From IMG/VR virus record IMGVR_UViG_3300025867_000005: DNA of 64,000 bases; one strand, given 5' to 3'. The notes under the pieces are model-generated. The model saw only the letters and a list, made by a program, of their open reading frames with translations. It did no database searches and was not told the DNA's origin. Positions 27,954 through 36,686 of this stretch are shown one piece after another. A program made the translations under genes and the position numbers. How positions within the stretch are numbered: position 1 is the first letter of the stretch; every line of letters begins with the position of its first letter. This DNA comes from a virus. Its lineage: Duplodnaviria > Caudoviricetes.

Positions 27954-28675
27954 TGATCCATTCCTTTCTTGAACACAAACTCTTTCATTATTTCATCTTT
28001 CAGCGTTTTGTGGGAAATTATCAATGGACTTGTACGTCCATTGATAATTGCGATTTCATGATTGCCGTTCAAAATACTCCTGAGATCATTCGCGCATACC
28101 AAATCAAGACTGTTATCTACAAAACTCTTTTCTGCGGCTTCCAAAAGTTCAGATTCTTTAACGTCTACAAGCAGTTTGAAACCGATGATAAAAGCCTTTT
28201 CTCCTGCCCACTTACGGACACTGGAAATGACTTTGGGTAAAGGCTTAAGAACAATATTCAGATTTTCCTTTGTTCTGATTTTACCCTTAACAACTGTTTC
28301 CGGTGCATAGTCACTCACGGCGGCGGCAAGAATAATAAGATCGGGCTTGTAAATCGCAATCAAGTGTTCAAGCCCACTCTGATAGTCTTCGAAAGACTTA
28401 TAGGTATGTTCCTTATAGTGGTGGGAAAAAGCTTCCCATCGGCCTTTTGCGTTTTCAAAACACTTAAGGTTTTCATCGATTGACTCGGAAGCAAAGTCAA
28501 TTTCTGCTTTCATCGGGGATTTCGATTTCTCCGCACGGAAGAAAATGACTTCATCTCCAGACAACAGGAAATCTTTGGCAAGACGGGTTCCGAGAGTCCC
28601 GTTGCTCATGTTTCCGATATGCCTGACGCTATCAATCGCTATTCTTGTTCCACCACTTGTAATCAATACTTTCAT
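27950..28675 (-). CDS. coaB: Phosphopantothenate-cysteine ligase (CoaB)
   Basis: VLITSGGTRIAIDSVRHIGNMSNGTLG, LAAAVSDY, IIGFKLL and VCANDL motifs. Confidence 0.92.
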   Translation of the reverse strand: MKVLITSGGTRIAIDSVRHIGNMSNGTLGTRLAKDFLLSGDEVIFFRAEKSKSPMKAEIDFASESIDENLKCFENAKGRWEAFSHHYKEHTYKSFEDYQSGLEHLIAIYKPDLIILAAAVSDYAPETVVKGKIRTKENLNIVLKPLPKVISSVRKWAGEKAFIIGFKLLVDVKESELLEAAEKSFVDNSLDLVCANDLRSILNGNHEIAIINGRTSPLIISHKTLKDEIMKEFVFKKGMDQ

Positions 28676-28678
28676 TCT

Positions 28679-29110
28679 TTATTTCACTTCCGCTTCTACA
28701 CAAATATCACTTAATGTCTGGGTCTCGATTTCAACATCCATATCTGGGAATTCTTTTCCTAGAATGCTGAGTCTATTAATCTGGTTTTCCCAACCGGAAC
28801 GTTCTCCATAAAAACTTTTCCTGAGATAAGTTGTCCTTACTTCACCCCATTCATCATATTTCTCTTTTGAAAAACGCAAATCCATTTCTTTGCAAACTGA
28901 ATCTGTACTTAGGAACATTTCCTTCGGCTTCATTCCGAAAAAACGAACAAAGATACTTTGGTTCCACTTTCTTACTTCTTCATTAAATCGTTTGTGACAA
29001 TCAAGAATCTTTTCTTGAACTTCTTTTTCCCTCTTGGCATAAATGCCCTTCTTCGCTCTTTCACAAAGTTCAAAGAGGACACTTCCTTTAATCTTTACAC
29101 AAGCATTCAT
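28679..29110 (-). CDS. Hypothetical protein
   Basis: 143-aa ORF in an operon. Confidence 0.6.
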   Translation of the reverse strand: MNACVKIKGSVLFELCERAKKGIYAKREKEVQEKILDCHKRFNEEVRKWNQSIFVRFFGMKPKEMFLSTDSVCKEMDLRFSKEKYDEWGEVRTTYLRKSFYGERSGWENQINRLSILGKEFPDMDVEIETQTLSDICVEAEVK

Positions 29111-29112
29111 TT

Positions 29113-29394
29113 TTAAACACTTCCTTCTTTTGATAAGTTATTCCACCAATCAACTCCGTCTTGCGGGACACTTGTATATCCCCAATACGTTTCCCCGTCT
29201 TCTGTCGGGACAGCAGCGACCAACCACCCTATAGAATGTTCAAATTCAGAATCAGGCACTTTCTGTTTTTGATCTTCAAGGGCGCAGGACCTGCATAAAA
29301 GTTCTACGGCTACGGCACAAGTTTGATATTGCCGATAGAGCCTTACATGATGTTTTCCGCATTTTGAACAAACGTATTCTTCGGGAATTTCCAA
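29113..29394 (-). CDS. Small putative zinc-binding protein
   Basis: CSKC and CRSC pairs; GWLVAAVP...YWGYTSVP motif. Confidence 0.6.
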   Translation of the reverse strand: MEIPEEYVCSKCGKHHVRLYRQYQTCAVAVELLCRSCALEDQKQKVPDSEFEHSIGWLVAAVPTEDGETYWGYTSVPQDGVDWWNNLSKEGSV

Positions 29395-29404
29395 TTTCTT
29401 ATAG

Positions 29405-29824
29405 TTAAATGACTTCGTTTCTCACCTCTTCTATAATTGAGCTTCTATTGTTTACTGACACCGTATAGTTCCCGCGTTTCAGCCTTTTAAAGAATTCCCC
29501 CACGAAATTTTCAACAGTCTTGTTGCTGTGCCTGTCTACGTTTTCCTTAAGCTTGCTTTGATCCATATTCTTGAAAGTTTTATATCTCTGGATCTGCCCT
29601 TCACGATTCCAACATACAAATCGGAATTGTATAAGTAGTTCTCCTACTTTCTTTTTGAATCCTACGATTTCATAACTAAAACAAATCTGCTTGCTGAAAA
29701 TCCGTTTTAGGATTCCCTCACACAACACATTATCGCAATTTCCAAGCTTACCTGGAAATTTAACAATGACGGCGAAAATCTTTTCTGTTTTTACACAAAG
29801 AACCTCTTTTAACACCCTAAGCAT
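29405..29824 (-). CDS. Hypothetical protein
   Basis: GGAG RBS, overlaps the upstream stop. Confidence 0.55.
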   Translation of the reverse strand: MLRVLKEVLCVKTEKIFAVIVKFPGKLGNCDNVLCEGILKRIFSKQICFSYEIVGFKKKVGELLIQFRFVCWNREGQIQRYKTFKNMDQSKLKENVDRHSNKTVENFVGEFFKRLKRGNYTVSVNNRSSIIEEVRNEVI

Positions 29825-30381
29825 TTTTCTCCATTCTTAAAGCGTTCAACTGCTTCCCAAGCTTCTTTTTCCGTATTCCATTTTTCCCTGCCTTCGAGAA
29901 CAAGTGTTCCATAGCCTTTAACAATATAGAAGTGTTTACAGTCCGGCCAACGGGAAACTTTAATATCATTGATTTCTTGTGGGAAATAATTCGCTTCTTT
30001 TTCTTCTATCGTTTCAAGATCATTTGTCCACTGAAAATAACCGCCGTTTTCATTTATCAGGATTCTTCCATATTTGATTAAAAAAGTTTCTCTTATCCCG
30101 GCTATCCTATCCATTGTTTGGGCGAAGACTATTGCAGGGATATCGCCCTTTTTAAGATTCATTGCCAGTGCTTTCAACAAAGGCACGATGTTATTTCCCG
30201 GCTTACAATGATATTCCCCTTTGCAAGAAAAGTCCTTGGACGATACAAATTCCATAATCATTCTTGCATTGCGAGACGAAAACCATTTTTCAAGAACAAG
30301 AAGTATTTCTGTGTTCGTGACATCTGCCATCCAAGGATAAGATATCCCCGTCTTATTATTCTTAACTTTGATGAATTTCAT
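29809..30381 (-). CDS. Hypothetical protein
   Basis: Long ORF; start chosen at MKFIKVK. Confidence 0.55.
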   Translation of the reverse strand: MKFIKVKNNKTGISYPWMADVTNTEILLVLEKWFSSRNARMIMEFVSSKDFSCKGEYHCKPGNNIVPLLKALAMNLKKGDIPAIVFAQTMDRIAGIRETFLIKYGRILINENGGYFQWTNDLETIEEKEANYFPQEINDIKVSRWPDCKHFYIVKGYGTLVLEGREKWNTEKEAWEAVERFKNGEKCLGC

Positions 30382-30581
30382 ATGATCGGATGCTTTAGGG
30401 GAGAAGGGATGCTGAAACAACGCTTCGCCCATATCTGCTTTCTCTTCATCGTTTTAAGCATTGCATTCGCTTTTCTAACTTCAGTGAAGAAACCGATCAC
30501 AGTGTTGCTAAACTCTTTCATTTCTGTTTTCTCCTGGTTAATGCGTTTCAAGATTTGAATAATTTGAATAATGTCTTCCAC
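30378..30581 (-). CDS. Hypothetical protein
   Basis: 67-aa ORF filling an operon gap. Confidence 0.4.
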   Translation of the reverse strand: MEDIIQIIQILKRINQEKTEMKEFSNTVIGFFTEVRKANAMLKTMKRKQIWAKRCFSIPSPLKHPII

Positions 30582-31026
30582 AAGCCTTCAACAGTTCCGT
30601 GTAGACCCTACGGTTATGATTCACTCTCATATTAATAGCTTTGAAGTCTTCATACTTTATTCCAAACAGTTCAGAAGCGAAAAGACCGACAGCTCCACTT
30701 CTGCTGATACCGGCACCACAATGCACGATTAGATCCAGGTCTTCCCCAGTGGTTTCTACATTCTGATTTAACCCGTCAAGGAAATTGAAAATCTTCACAG
30801 CGGTTTCAGGAGAAATGACTTTTTCCCCGTCTTTATCTTTGTCTACGTCATCAAATTCAACATTCAAGACTCTCTTGCCGTCTTTAAGAAAATGATTCCA
30901 ACCCATCCCGCTGTTTTCAATGCTGATAACAGCAAAGTTGCTGGAATCGACATATTCCTGTGTTAAGGAAAGTCTTAAGCAGTTTTCAACGAATTCTTTG
31001 CGAGAAAGGACGTAAATCGTTTTCAT
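30538..31026 (-). CDS. Cys-dependent (PTP/dual-specificity) phosphatase
   Basis: VHCGAGISRS (CX5R) and FDDVD acid loop. Confidence 0.9.
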   Translation of the reverse strand: MKTIYVLSRKEFVENCLRLSLTQEYVDSSNFAVISIENSGMGWNHFLKDGKRVLNVEFDDVDKDKDGEKVISPETAVKIFNFLDGLNQNVETTGEDLDLIVHCGAGISRSGAVGLFASELFGIKYEDFKAINMRVNHNRRVYTELLKACGRHYSNYSNLETH

Positions 31027-31154
31027 TCTTCAATCTCCACTTTCTTATCCCGTTTGTACTTCTTCTCCGATTCCTTAACCCGTGTACGAGGATTCACCAC
31101 CCATGTCTTTCGGATGTGTTTTACGGGAGAATCCTTTTGTGTCTTTGTTTTCAT
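31023..31154 (-). CDS. 43-aa basic peptide absent from the ORF track (MKTKTQKDSPVKHIRKTWVVNPRTRVKESEKKYKRDKKVEIEE)
   Basis: ATG lies 7 nt after a -10 box; its TGA overlaps the phosphatase ATG. Confidence 0.65.
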   Translation of the reverse strand: MKTKTQKDSPVKHIRKTWVVNPRTRVKESEKKYKRDKKVEIEE

Positions 31155-31161
31155 ACCATAT

Positions 31162-31190
31162 ACTTTATCACATCTTAATTAGATTGTCAA
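31162..31190 (-). promoter_or_regulatory. Sigma70-type promoter TTGACA-N17-TAAAGT
   Basis: Perfect -35, 17-bp spacer. Confidence 0.75.
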
Positions 31191-31238
31191 TGGGTTGAAT
31201 GTATTTTGATAAAGGAAGAAAGTAAAGGAGACCACTTT

Positions 31239-31829
31239 ATGAACTTTTACAACTTGAAATCCAAATTCCTTACTATTTTCGGGGACATCAAAATCTACAA
31301 ATACCCGATGTTCTTCATCTATTGCCCGACATCATTCCAAGCGAAGGGTAAACAGACGAGGGATGCTATTTCCGTTCTTCAGCCAGGGGACTTGATTCTC
31401 AGAGGATATACCGATTATCTTGACGGCAGGTTCCAGCCAGGGAAATACAGTCATACCGGGATTTATGTCGGGGATGGCAAGATGATACACGCCGTCGCGG
31501 AAGGCGTATCAGAAATCGATGTGATAGACTTCCTTCGTTGTGACTGCTTCTGTATCCTTCGGCCTTCCGGAGGGCAGGAACAGGCAATAGAACGCGCCCA
31601 CAAGTACTTAGGCACACCGTATGACTTCAACTTTGAAACATGGAACAATAAAATGTATTGCCATGAACTTGCCGCAAGGTGTTACAATGAACTGAAAATC
31701 GCCAAGACGATACCGGTAGTCTGTAAAGTCATTAAGGGGAAACCGGCGTATCTCGCAGATTCTTTCTTGGAAAGCCCTGACTTCAAGGTTGTTTATCAAT
31801 TTCCGGAAGAAACATCTCAGAAAAGTTAA
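31239..31829 (+). CDS. Permuted papain-like NlpC/P60 enzyme (YiiX/YebB-like)
   Basis: QPGDLIL, YSHTGIYVG, GTPYDF and YCHELA motifs (His before Cys); AAGGAG RBS; TTTTGATA at 31204. Confidence 0.88.
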   Translation: MNFYNLKSKFLTIFGDIKIYKYPMFFIYCPTSFQAKGKQTRDAISVLQPGDLILRGYTDYLDGRFQPGKYSHTGIYVGDGKMIHAVAEGVSEIDVIDFLRCDCFCILRPSGGQEQAIERAHKYLGTPYDFNFETWNNKMYCHELAARCYNELKIAKTIPVVCKVIKGKPAYLADSFLESPDFKVVYQFPEETSQKS

Positions 31830-32689
31830 ATGCTAACTTCATAGCAGTCATTATGTGAGGTGTTCAAATCGAAAGGGAGGCTGTCTTTAATCATTCCTTC
31901 TTCTTTCACGATTGTCTTCAGGGATTCTACGTCAAATGCGTTTTTTAGGATGAAGGCTTTCCTTTGTTCCGATGTCATTTTGATGATATCTATCCCGTTG
32001 GGATGCCTGTGATAGCCATAGAATCCCGCATGGAAGCAGCGTGGAACATGTGAGAAGGCGACTTTAAGTTTGTTGGCTTCGATGATCCTGCGAATCAGGC
32101 CGTCTTGTTCACAAAAACTAGCGTTCAATTTGCTTTCCGGGAAATGTCTTTTGACATACAAAAGAGGGTTGAAAAAATAATGTGCGTTGTTGTGCGGCCC
32201 CAAATGGGTTTTCAACTGTTCGTTGTCAAAACAAACTCCGATACCTTGATACTGATTATTGTCTGGTTTGGAATAGAAGGAATTAAGGTCTTCACAGGTA
32301 GAATCAGCATCATTCACGTTCCGGGATAAAATGACAGCAAAGGCTTTTGAAGTCCTGCTAACTTTTTCCCCGAACGTAAAGAAATCTTTTCCTATGAATA
32401 CATCATCTTCTATATAAAACACCTTTTCTGATTCCCGGCTATTTTCAGAAAGCAAGCCGTTTATGACGTTCTTAGATTGTTTGCCGATTTTGAAATTATG
32501 TAAATCGGGAGTAACTATTACCCTATTCGCCTTGAACCGGCTTATTACACCGAACACTTGCTTCGTCACTCCGATGTCGGCAGCGAAAACATATTTTAAG
32601 TCATGCCAACCGTCAGCTTCCATTATAAAGTTTAGACAGAGTTCAAGATATTCCGCACGATTGAAACAAGGTATCACGACAGTATTCAT
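31826..32689 (-). CDS. GT-A fold glycosyltransferase
   Basis: VVIPCFNRAEYL, YIEDDV (DxD-like), EQDGLI and PRCFHAG motifs. Confidence 0.8.
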   Translation of the reverse strand: MNTVVIPCFNRAEYLELCLNFIMEADGWHDLKYVFAADIGVTKQVFGVISRFKANRVIVTPDLHNFKIGKQSKNVINGLLSENSRESEKVFYIEDDVFIGKDFFTFGEKVSRTSKAFAVILSRNVNDADSTCEDLNSFYSKPDNNQYQGIGVCFDNEQLKTHLGPHNNAHYFFNPLLYVKRHFPESKLNASFCEQDGLIRRIIEANKLKVAFSHVPRCFHAGFYGYHRHPNGIDIIKMTSEQRKAFILKNAFDVESLKTIVKEEGMIKDSLPFDLNTSHNDCYEVSI

Positions 32690-33567
32690 AGATTCAAATA
32701 CTTTCTAATGAATTGGAACATTGTTCCGTCTGCAATTTCCTTTTGATTCCATTGCGAATAAGAAATTTTAGAAAGCCATTCTAATCTTTTAGACGCAGAA
32801 GGTAAATAATCGACATCCCATTTTTCATCTTCCAAGTGACTAGTAAGTTCAGAATATAAAGCGTTTTTTGACGATAAAACTGGTATACCGTTTATTATGA
32901 AATGAAGTGCCGATGTCGAGCAATAAGTGATTACACAACGGAATTCTTCAATTGGAAGATTTTCTATCCTTTCATCTCTTAGATCAATACTGAGCCCTTC
33001 TCTCGCCAATAGATTACAGAAACCCTTTTGTTTTTCTCGAAAAGTAGTTAATGGATGCGGTCTATATGTAATATCGCATGGAAAATCTTTCTTGCATTTT
33101 TGAATGACATCATATGTCCATTTCAAAAGTTCGTCTTCTCCCATTCCGTGGGAAACATCATTCGGGACCTGTCCCATAAATGCAATTGTGGAATTTGGAT
33201 TACTTCTTTTTTCAGAAATAGGAATATTAAGATATTGCCATCTTATGGAATCACAAAGTTCTGGACAAACCCATTTTTCATCATAGATTCCACATCTGAA
33301 ATATCCTAGGCGTGTGGCGATTTCAGTTCTCCTTATCATTCCCAAATCGAAAACAATAGCTTTTGTATTTAATTCATCCCGTACATATTTAAGGGTATCG
33401 CTTAGTCCCCATCCGAAACAAAGATCATACTTAAGCTTTGGGACGTTGTTTGGATCATCTTCTTTAAGTTCTATGACTTCCCATCCGTTATTTCTTAGAT
33501 AAGACTTGAACAGGTCTATGATTATCAAGCCCTGATCCCAGTGTCTTGAATGTGTAAAAGCAACCAA
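32686..33567 (-). CDS. Capsule-biosynthesis (KpsC/KpsS-like) GT-B protein
   Basis: GQVPNDVS, YRPHP, VITYCSTSALHFIINGIPV and YSQWNQKEI motifs. Confidence 0.7.
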   Translation of the reverse strand: MVAFTHSRHWDQGLIIIDLFKSYLRNNGWEVIELKEDDPNNVPKLKYDLCFGWGLSDTLKYVRDELNTKAIVFDLGMIRRTEIATRLGYFRCGIYDEKWVCPELCDSIRWQYLNIPISEKRSNPNSTIAFMGQVPNDVSHGMGEDELLKWTYDVIQKCKKDFPCDITYRPHPLTTFREKQKGFCNLLAREGLSIDLRDERIENLPIEEFRCVITYCSTSALHFIINGIPVLSSKNALYSELTSHLEDEKWDVDYLPSASKRLEWLSKISYSQWNQKEIADGTMFQFIRKYLNL

Positions 33568-33568
33568 T

Positions 33569-34162
33569 TTAGACCCTGCCTAATATTATATTTTCGGGGT
33601 TTGTCAGAAGAACTGTCCAACCTTTTCCGAAATATGAAACAATTTCATTTATTTTTCCATCGTGTTCCACACAAACCAAATTAAGGTTTGGTAGCCTATT
33701 AAGAGGCAATTGCGTGACGAGTTCTAAATTTAATGCTTCTACATCTAGATTCAAAAAAGAAAAATCATATCCAGAAACAGAAAACAATTCTTCCATCGTT
33801 ATCGTTTTTATAAAGACTTCTCGGAATCTAATACTTGATCCAGCCTCCCATTTTTCTTTATGTTTTTCATCAAAAGATCCGACAGCATCTCCGTTTGATT
33901 CATAGAACTTCAGGAGTTCTGATTTTGAAGTTATCGCGGCATTAACGAGCTTCACTCTGGGATTATCTTTGTGAGTTTCTAAAAGAGAAGAAAAAACGAC
34001 GCTAGACGGTTCCACACACGTCCCTTCCCATCCAAGTTCTACTAATCGATAAGTATTGCTTAAATTTATTCCATCAAACGCACCTATGTCTAAAAATTTA
34101 CCAATCGCCCTATTTTGGTAAAACTCTGTGATGATCTGTTCTTCGTTGTTTTGTGAATACAT
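33569..34162 (-). CDS. FkbM-family methyltransferase
   Basis: YSQNNEE, FLDIGAFDGINLSNT, GWEGTCVEP and FLNLDVE motifs. Confidence 0.9.
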   Translation of the reverse strand: MYSQNNEEQIITEFYQNRAIGKFLDIGAFDGINLSNTYRLVELGWEGTCVEPSSVVFSSLLETHKDNPRVKLVNAAITSKSELLKFYESNGDAVGSFDEKHKEKWEAGSSIRFREVFIKTITMEELFSVSGYDFSFLNLDVEALNLELVTQLPLNRLPNLNLVCVEHDGKINEIVSYFGKGWTVLLTNPENIILGRV

Positions 34163-34163
34163 C

Positions 34164-35474
34164 TTATTTTCCCCTTTGTGATAAGAATAGATATCGATAA
34201 ATATTCCCTTCGATCTTTGATTCCTTTTTCAGTAAAGGAAGCAGCCTGTCTGAAAAATCCCTATCTTCTCCTTGGCTAAGAGCGTCATTAAATCTTGTCT
34301 TAAGAACCAATTCCCTTTTGATTGCGTTTAGATGGTTTGGACACCTAATATAAATCGTCTTACCGTTTTCAGCGATAGTTTCCCATTTTTTATATTCTAC
34401 GGAATGGATAAACTTGGCGGGGTTCTTTCCATCAACGGTATAAATTCCTTCCAGACTGCAACAATCAGGATCGTTTTGAATCGCCGCTAATATTTTAGAA
34501 ACGTAGTCATCACTAACCAAATCATCATCATCATCTATGAAACAAACGTAATCCCCTTTGGCCCTGTCTAATAGTTTATTTCTCTTCCTTCCTATTTTCA
34601 TCTTTCCATCATCGACTTCCGTCAGAATTTCGACTTCTTCTGTCTTTTGTTTTTGTATAACGGACAATAGTCTTTGAAGCAATGCCTGTCTTTGTTTAAT
34701 TGAACAAACTAGGATAGATAGTCTTGTTTGTGACTGTTTTACATTTCCTGTTAATACTTCTGCTTTTTTGTAAGTCAAGGAAAAGCGAACCGCCTTTTCT
34801 TCTATGGAAGGATCTACCTGAATAAGTTGACAAACATTCTTCCTCATTCTTGAACGAAACAATTCCGTACCAGACGCATAGGAATAATCAAGAGCCTTGT
34901 CCACTTCGTCTCTTTCCCTCTTCCCGTTGCAATAATGCCGATGTTCAAATATCGTTTTACAGGTCTTCCTTACGTCTTTCAATATGCACATTCTTTCAGC
35001 GATTATATAGAGCTCGCAATCACTTGACATATGACTGTAAACAGGATGGTAAATTATCTTCTTCATCTTCTTCAAAGCGGAAAATGTCATTATCGGAAAG
35101 GTAATGACCCTCGCCGGATATTTCTGTATCCCGTCATTTACCAACAAAACACAATTTTTATCTTTCCCAACAAGGCCAACAATTGTTTTATCCCAATTCT
35201 TCGGAGGAAAGAAATCATCACTAGCGAGAATTACAATATCTGAATCTTCTGCTTCGAGATTTCTGGAGAGACAATAGGCGGGGAAACAAACACCTTTGGG
35301 TCCACCTTCTGTTACAATGACATCAAATCCGTCAAGTTCTTCTTTTTGTTCTTTTGTATCGACGGCCACATGAGTATCAATTTCATAGAGACCAGAAGAA
35401 TTATCCATCCAATGGTGATGTGTAGATTTTAAAACATTTGGTCTGCATGTCGCCCATAGAATGATAATTTTCAT
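34164..35474 (-). CDS. Two-domain GT2-like glycosyltransferase
   Basis: N-domain ILASDDFFP; C-domain LSILVCS, IGRKRNKLL, GDYVCFIDDDD, GEDRDF. Confidence 0.85.
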   Translation of the reverse strand: MKIIILWATCRPNVLKSTHHHWMDNSSGLYEIDTHVAVDTKEQKEELDGFDVIVTEGGPKGVCFPAYCLSRNLEAEDSDIVILASDDFFPPKNWDKTIVGLVGKDKNCVLLVNDGIQKYPARVITFPIMTFSALKKMKKIIYHPVYSHMSSDCELYIIAERMCILKDVRKTCKTIFEHRHYCNGKRERDEVDKALDYSYASGTELFRSRMRKNVCQLIQVDPSIEEKAVRFSLTYKKAEVLTGNVKQSQTRLSILVCSIKQRQALLQRLLSVIQKQKTEEVEILTEVDDGKMKIGRKRNKLLDRAKGDYVCFIDDDDDLVSDDYVSKILAAIQNDPDCCSLEGIYTVDGKNPAKFIHSVEYKKWETIAENGKTIYIRCPNHLNAIKRELVLKTRFNDALSQGEDRDFSDRLLPLLKKESKIEGNIYRYLFLSQRGK

Positions 35475-35477
35475 ACA

Positions 35478-36356
35478 TTAAATTCCTGTTAATATCGCCA
35501 TTGAACACGCCTTGTTTCTTTGAAGGAAAGATTCTCTGTTTTTGTTCCCTTCTAAAATCAGTTGTTCTAAAGGAACTGAATAAACCTTTTTTATTTCTTG
35601 CACAAGTGATTCGACATCCACTTTATAAAGAGTTCCTTTGTTCATTCGTTCTTCCGTTTCTGTCAAAACCAAGCGAGATGAGAAAAACTCTGACATCGGC
35701 GGGGCATCTGTTGTAATGACGACAGCACCCGTGCTTGCGGCTTCGTGTAAATAATGCCCCCAGCCCTCATAATAACTTGGGCATAGGTGTATCAGGCTTT
35801 CATTCATCAAACGCTTTAGATCAGGTTCTGATAGCCTTCCCAACTGTTTGATATTACACCCCGAAACATCCCATTTGTTTGCCCCGACAAAAAAACATTT
35901 TGGAAGGTCTTTGTTCTTCTTATATGCTTCAATAATTTCCAAAGTCCCTTTTGTTCTAGAAGATCCACATACATGCAATATCTTCTTTTCTTTCTTAACT
36001 TCAGGTGAGTAAAAATCTTGGCTGATGAAGCCTGTAAAAACACAAGACGGATGGAGTCTCCCAAAGATGCTGAAACAATCTCTTGTCTTACACCAGATTT
36101 CTTTAAATCTAGGCAAGCCTTCTGTCCAATTTGGATAAAACCATTCCGGATTAGGAACAAAGATATTTCGGTTTGACAACTGAATACAGTCATACCTTGG
36201 GATTTGGAGATGTATTTGGATATCAGCCCGTCCTCCGCGTTGATGCTTCTGCCAATCCAGAATGAAAATTTCATGTTCAGACAACATATTCTTCAGAAGA
36301 TTGGCATCCTTTTCAAGGCCAACTCCATTCAAAGAGGTATATACGTTTATCTTCAT
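35478..36356 (-). CDS. GT-B (GT4-like) glycosyltransferase
   Basis: KGT and HLCPSYYEGWGHYLHEAASTGAVVITTDAPPMSE (EX7E) motifs. Confidence 0.88.
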   Translation of the reverse strand: MKINVYTSLNGVGLEKDANLLKNMLSEHEIFILDWQKHQRGGRADIQIHLQIPRYDCIQLSNRNIFVPNPEWFYPNWTEGLPRFKEIWCKTRDCFSIFGRLHPSCVFTGFISQDFYSPEVKKEKKILHVCGSSRTKGTLEIIEAYKKNKDLPKCFFVGANKWDVSGCNIKQLGRLSEPDLKRLMNESLIHLCPSYYEGWGHYLHEAASTGAVVITTDAPPMSEFFSSRLVLTETEERMNKGTLYKVDVESLVQEIKKVYSVPLEQLILEGNKNRESFLQRNKACSMAILTGI

Positions 36357-36377
36357 GCCTTATGTCTTGAATTCGAA

Positions 36378-36686
36378 TTAAATACATTTAAAGTCAATGC
36401 CGTATCCAAAAATACTTCTCGTCTTGTTTGAAAAACAATGGTTAATTGCGCTGATTAACAAACCTTCGAATGCTGTCAGGAAATACCATCCACGCCCTTT
36501 TAACGGATGTGAAAGAACGTATATCCTTTCGCCGTCCCTACAAAATGCAAATTGACTTCCATTGCCTGAAGTATTGACTTCGAAGTATTTGTCTTTCAGC
36601 GGGACTTCACGGAGAATCGCGTTGGAATGAATGACATCGCTGTATTCCTTAATGATTTCGTCTATGCTTTTGTTTTCAGTCGGCAT
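36378..36686 (-). CDS. Hypothetical protein
   Basis: GAGG RBS, overlaps the ligase stop. Confidence 0.55.
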   Translation of the reverse strand: MPTENKSIDEIIKEYSDVIHSNAILREVPLKDKYFEVNTSGNGSQFAFCRDGERIYVLSHPLKGRGWYFLTAFEGLLISAINHCFSNKTRSIFGYGIDFKCI

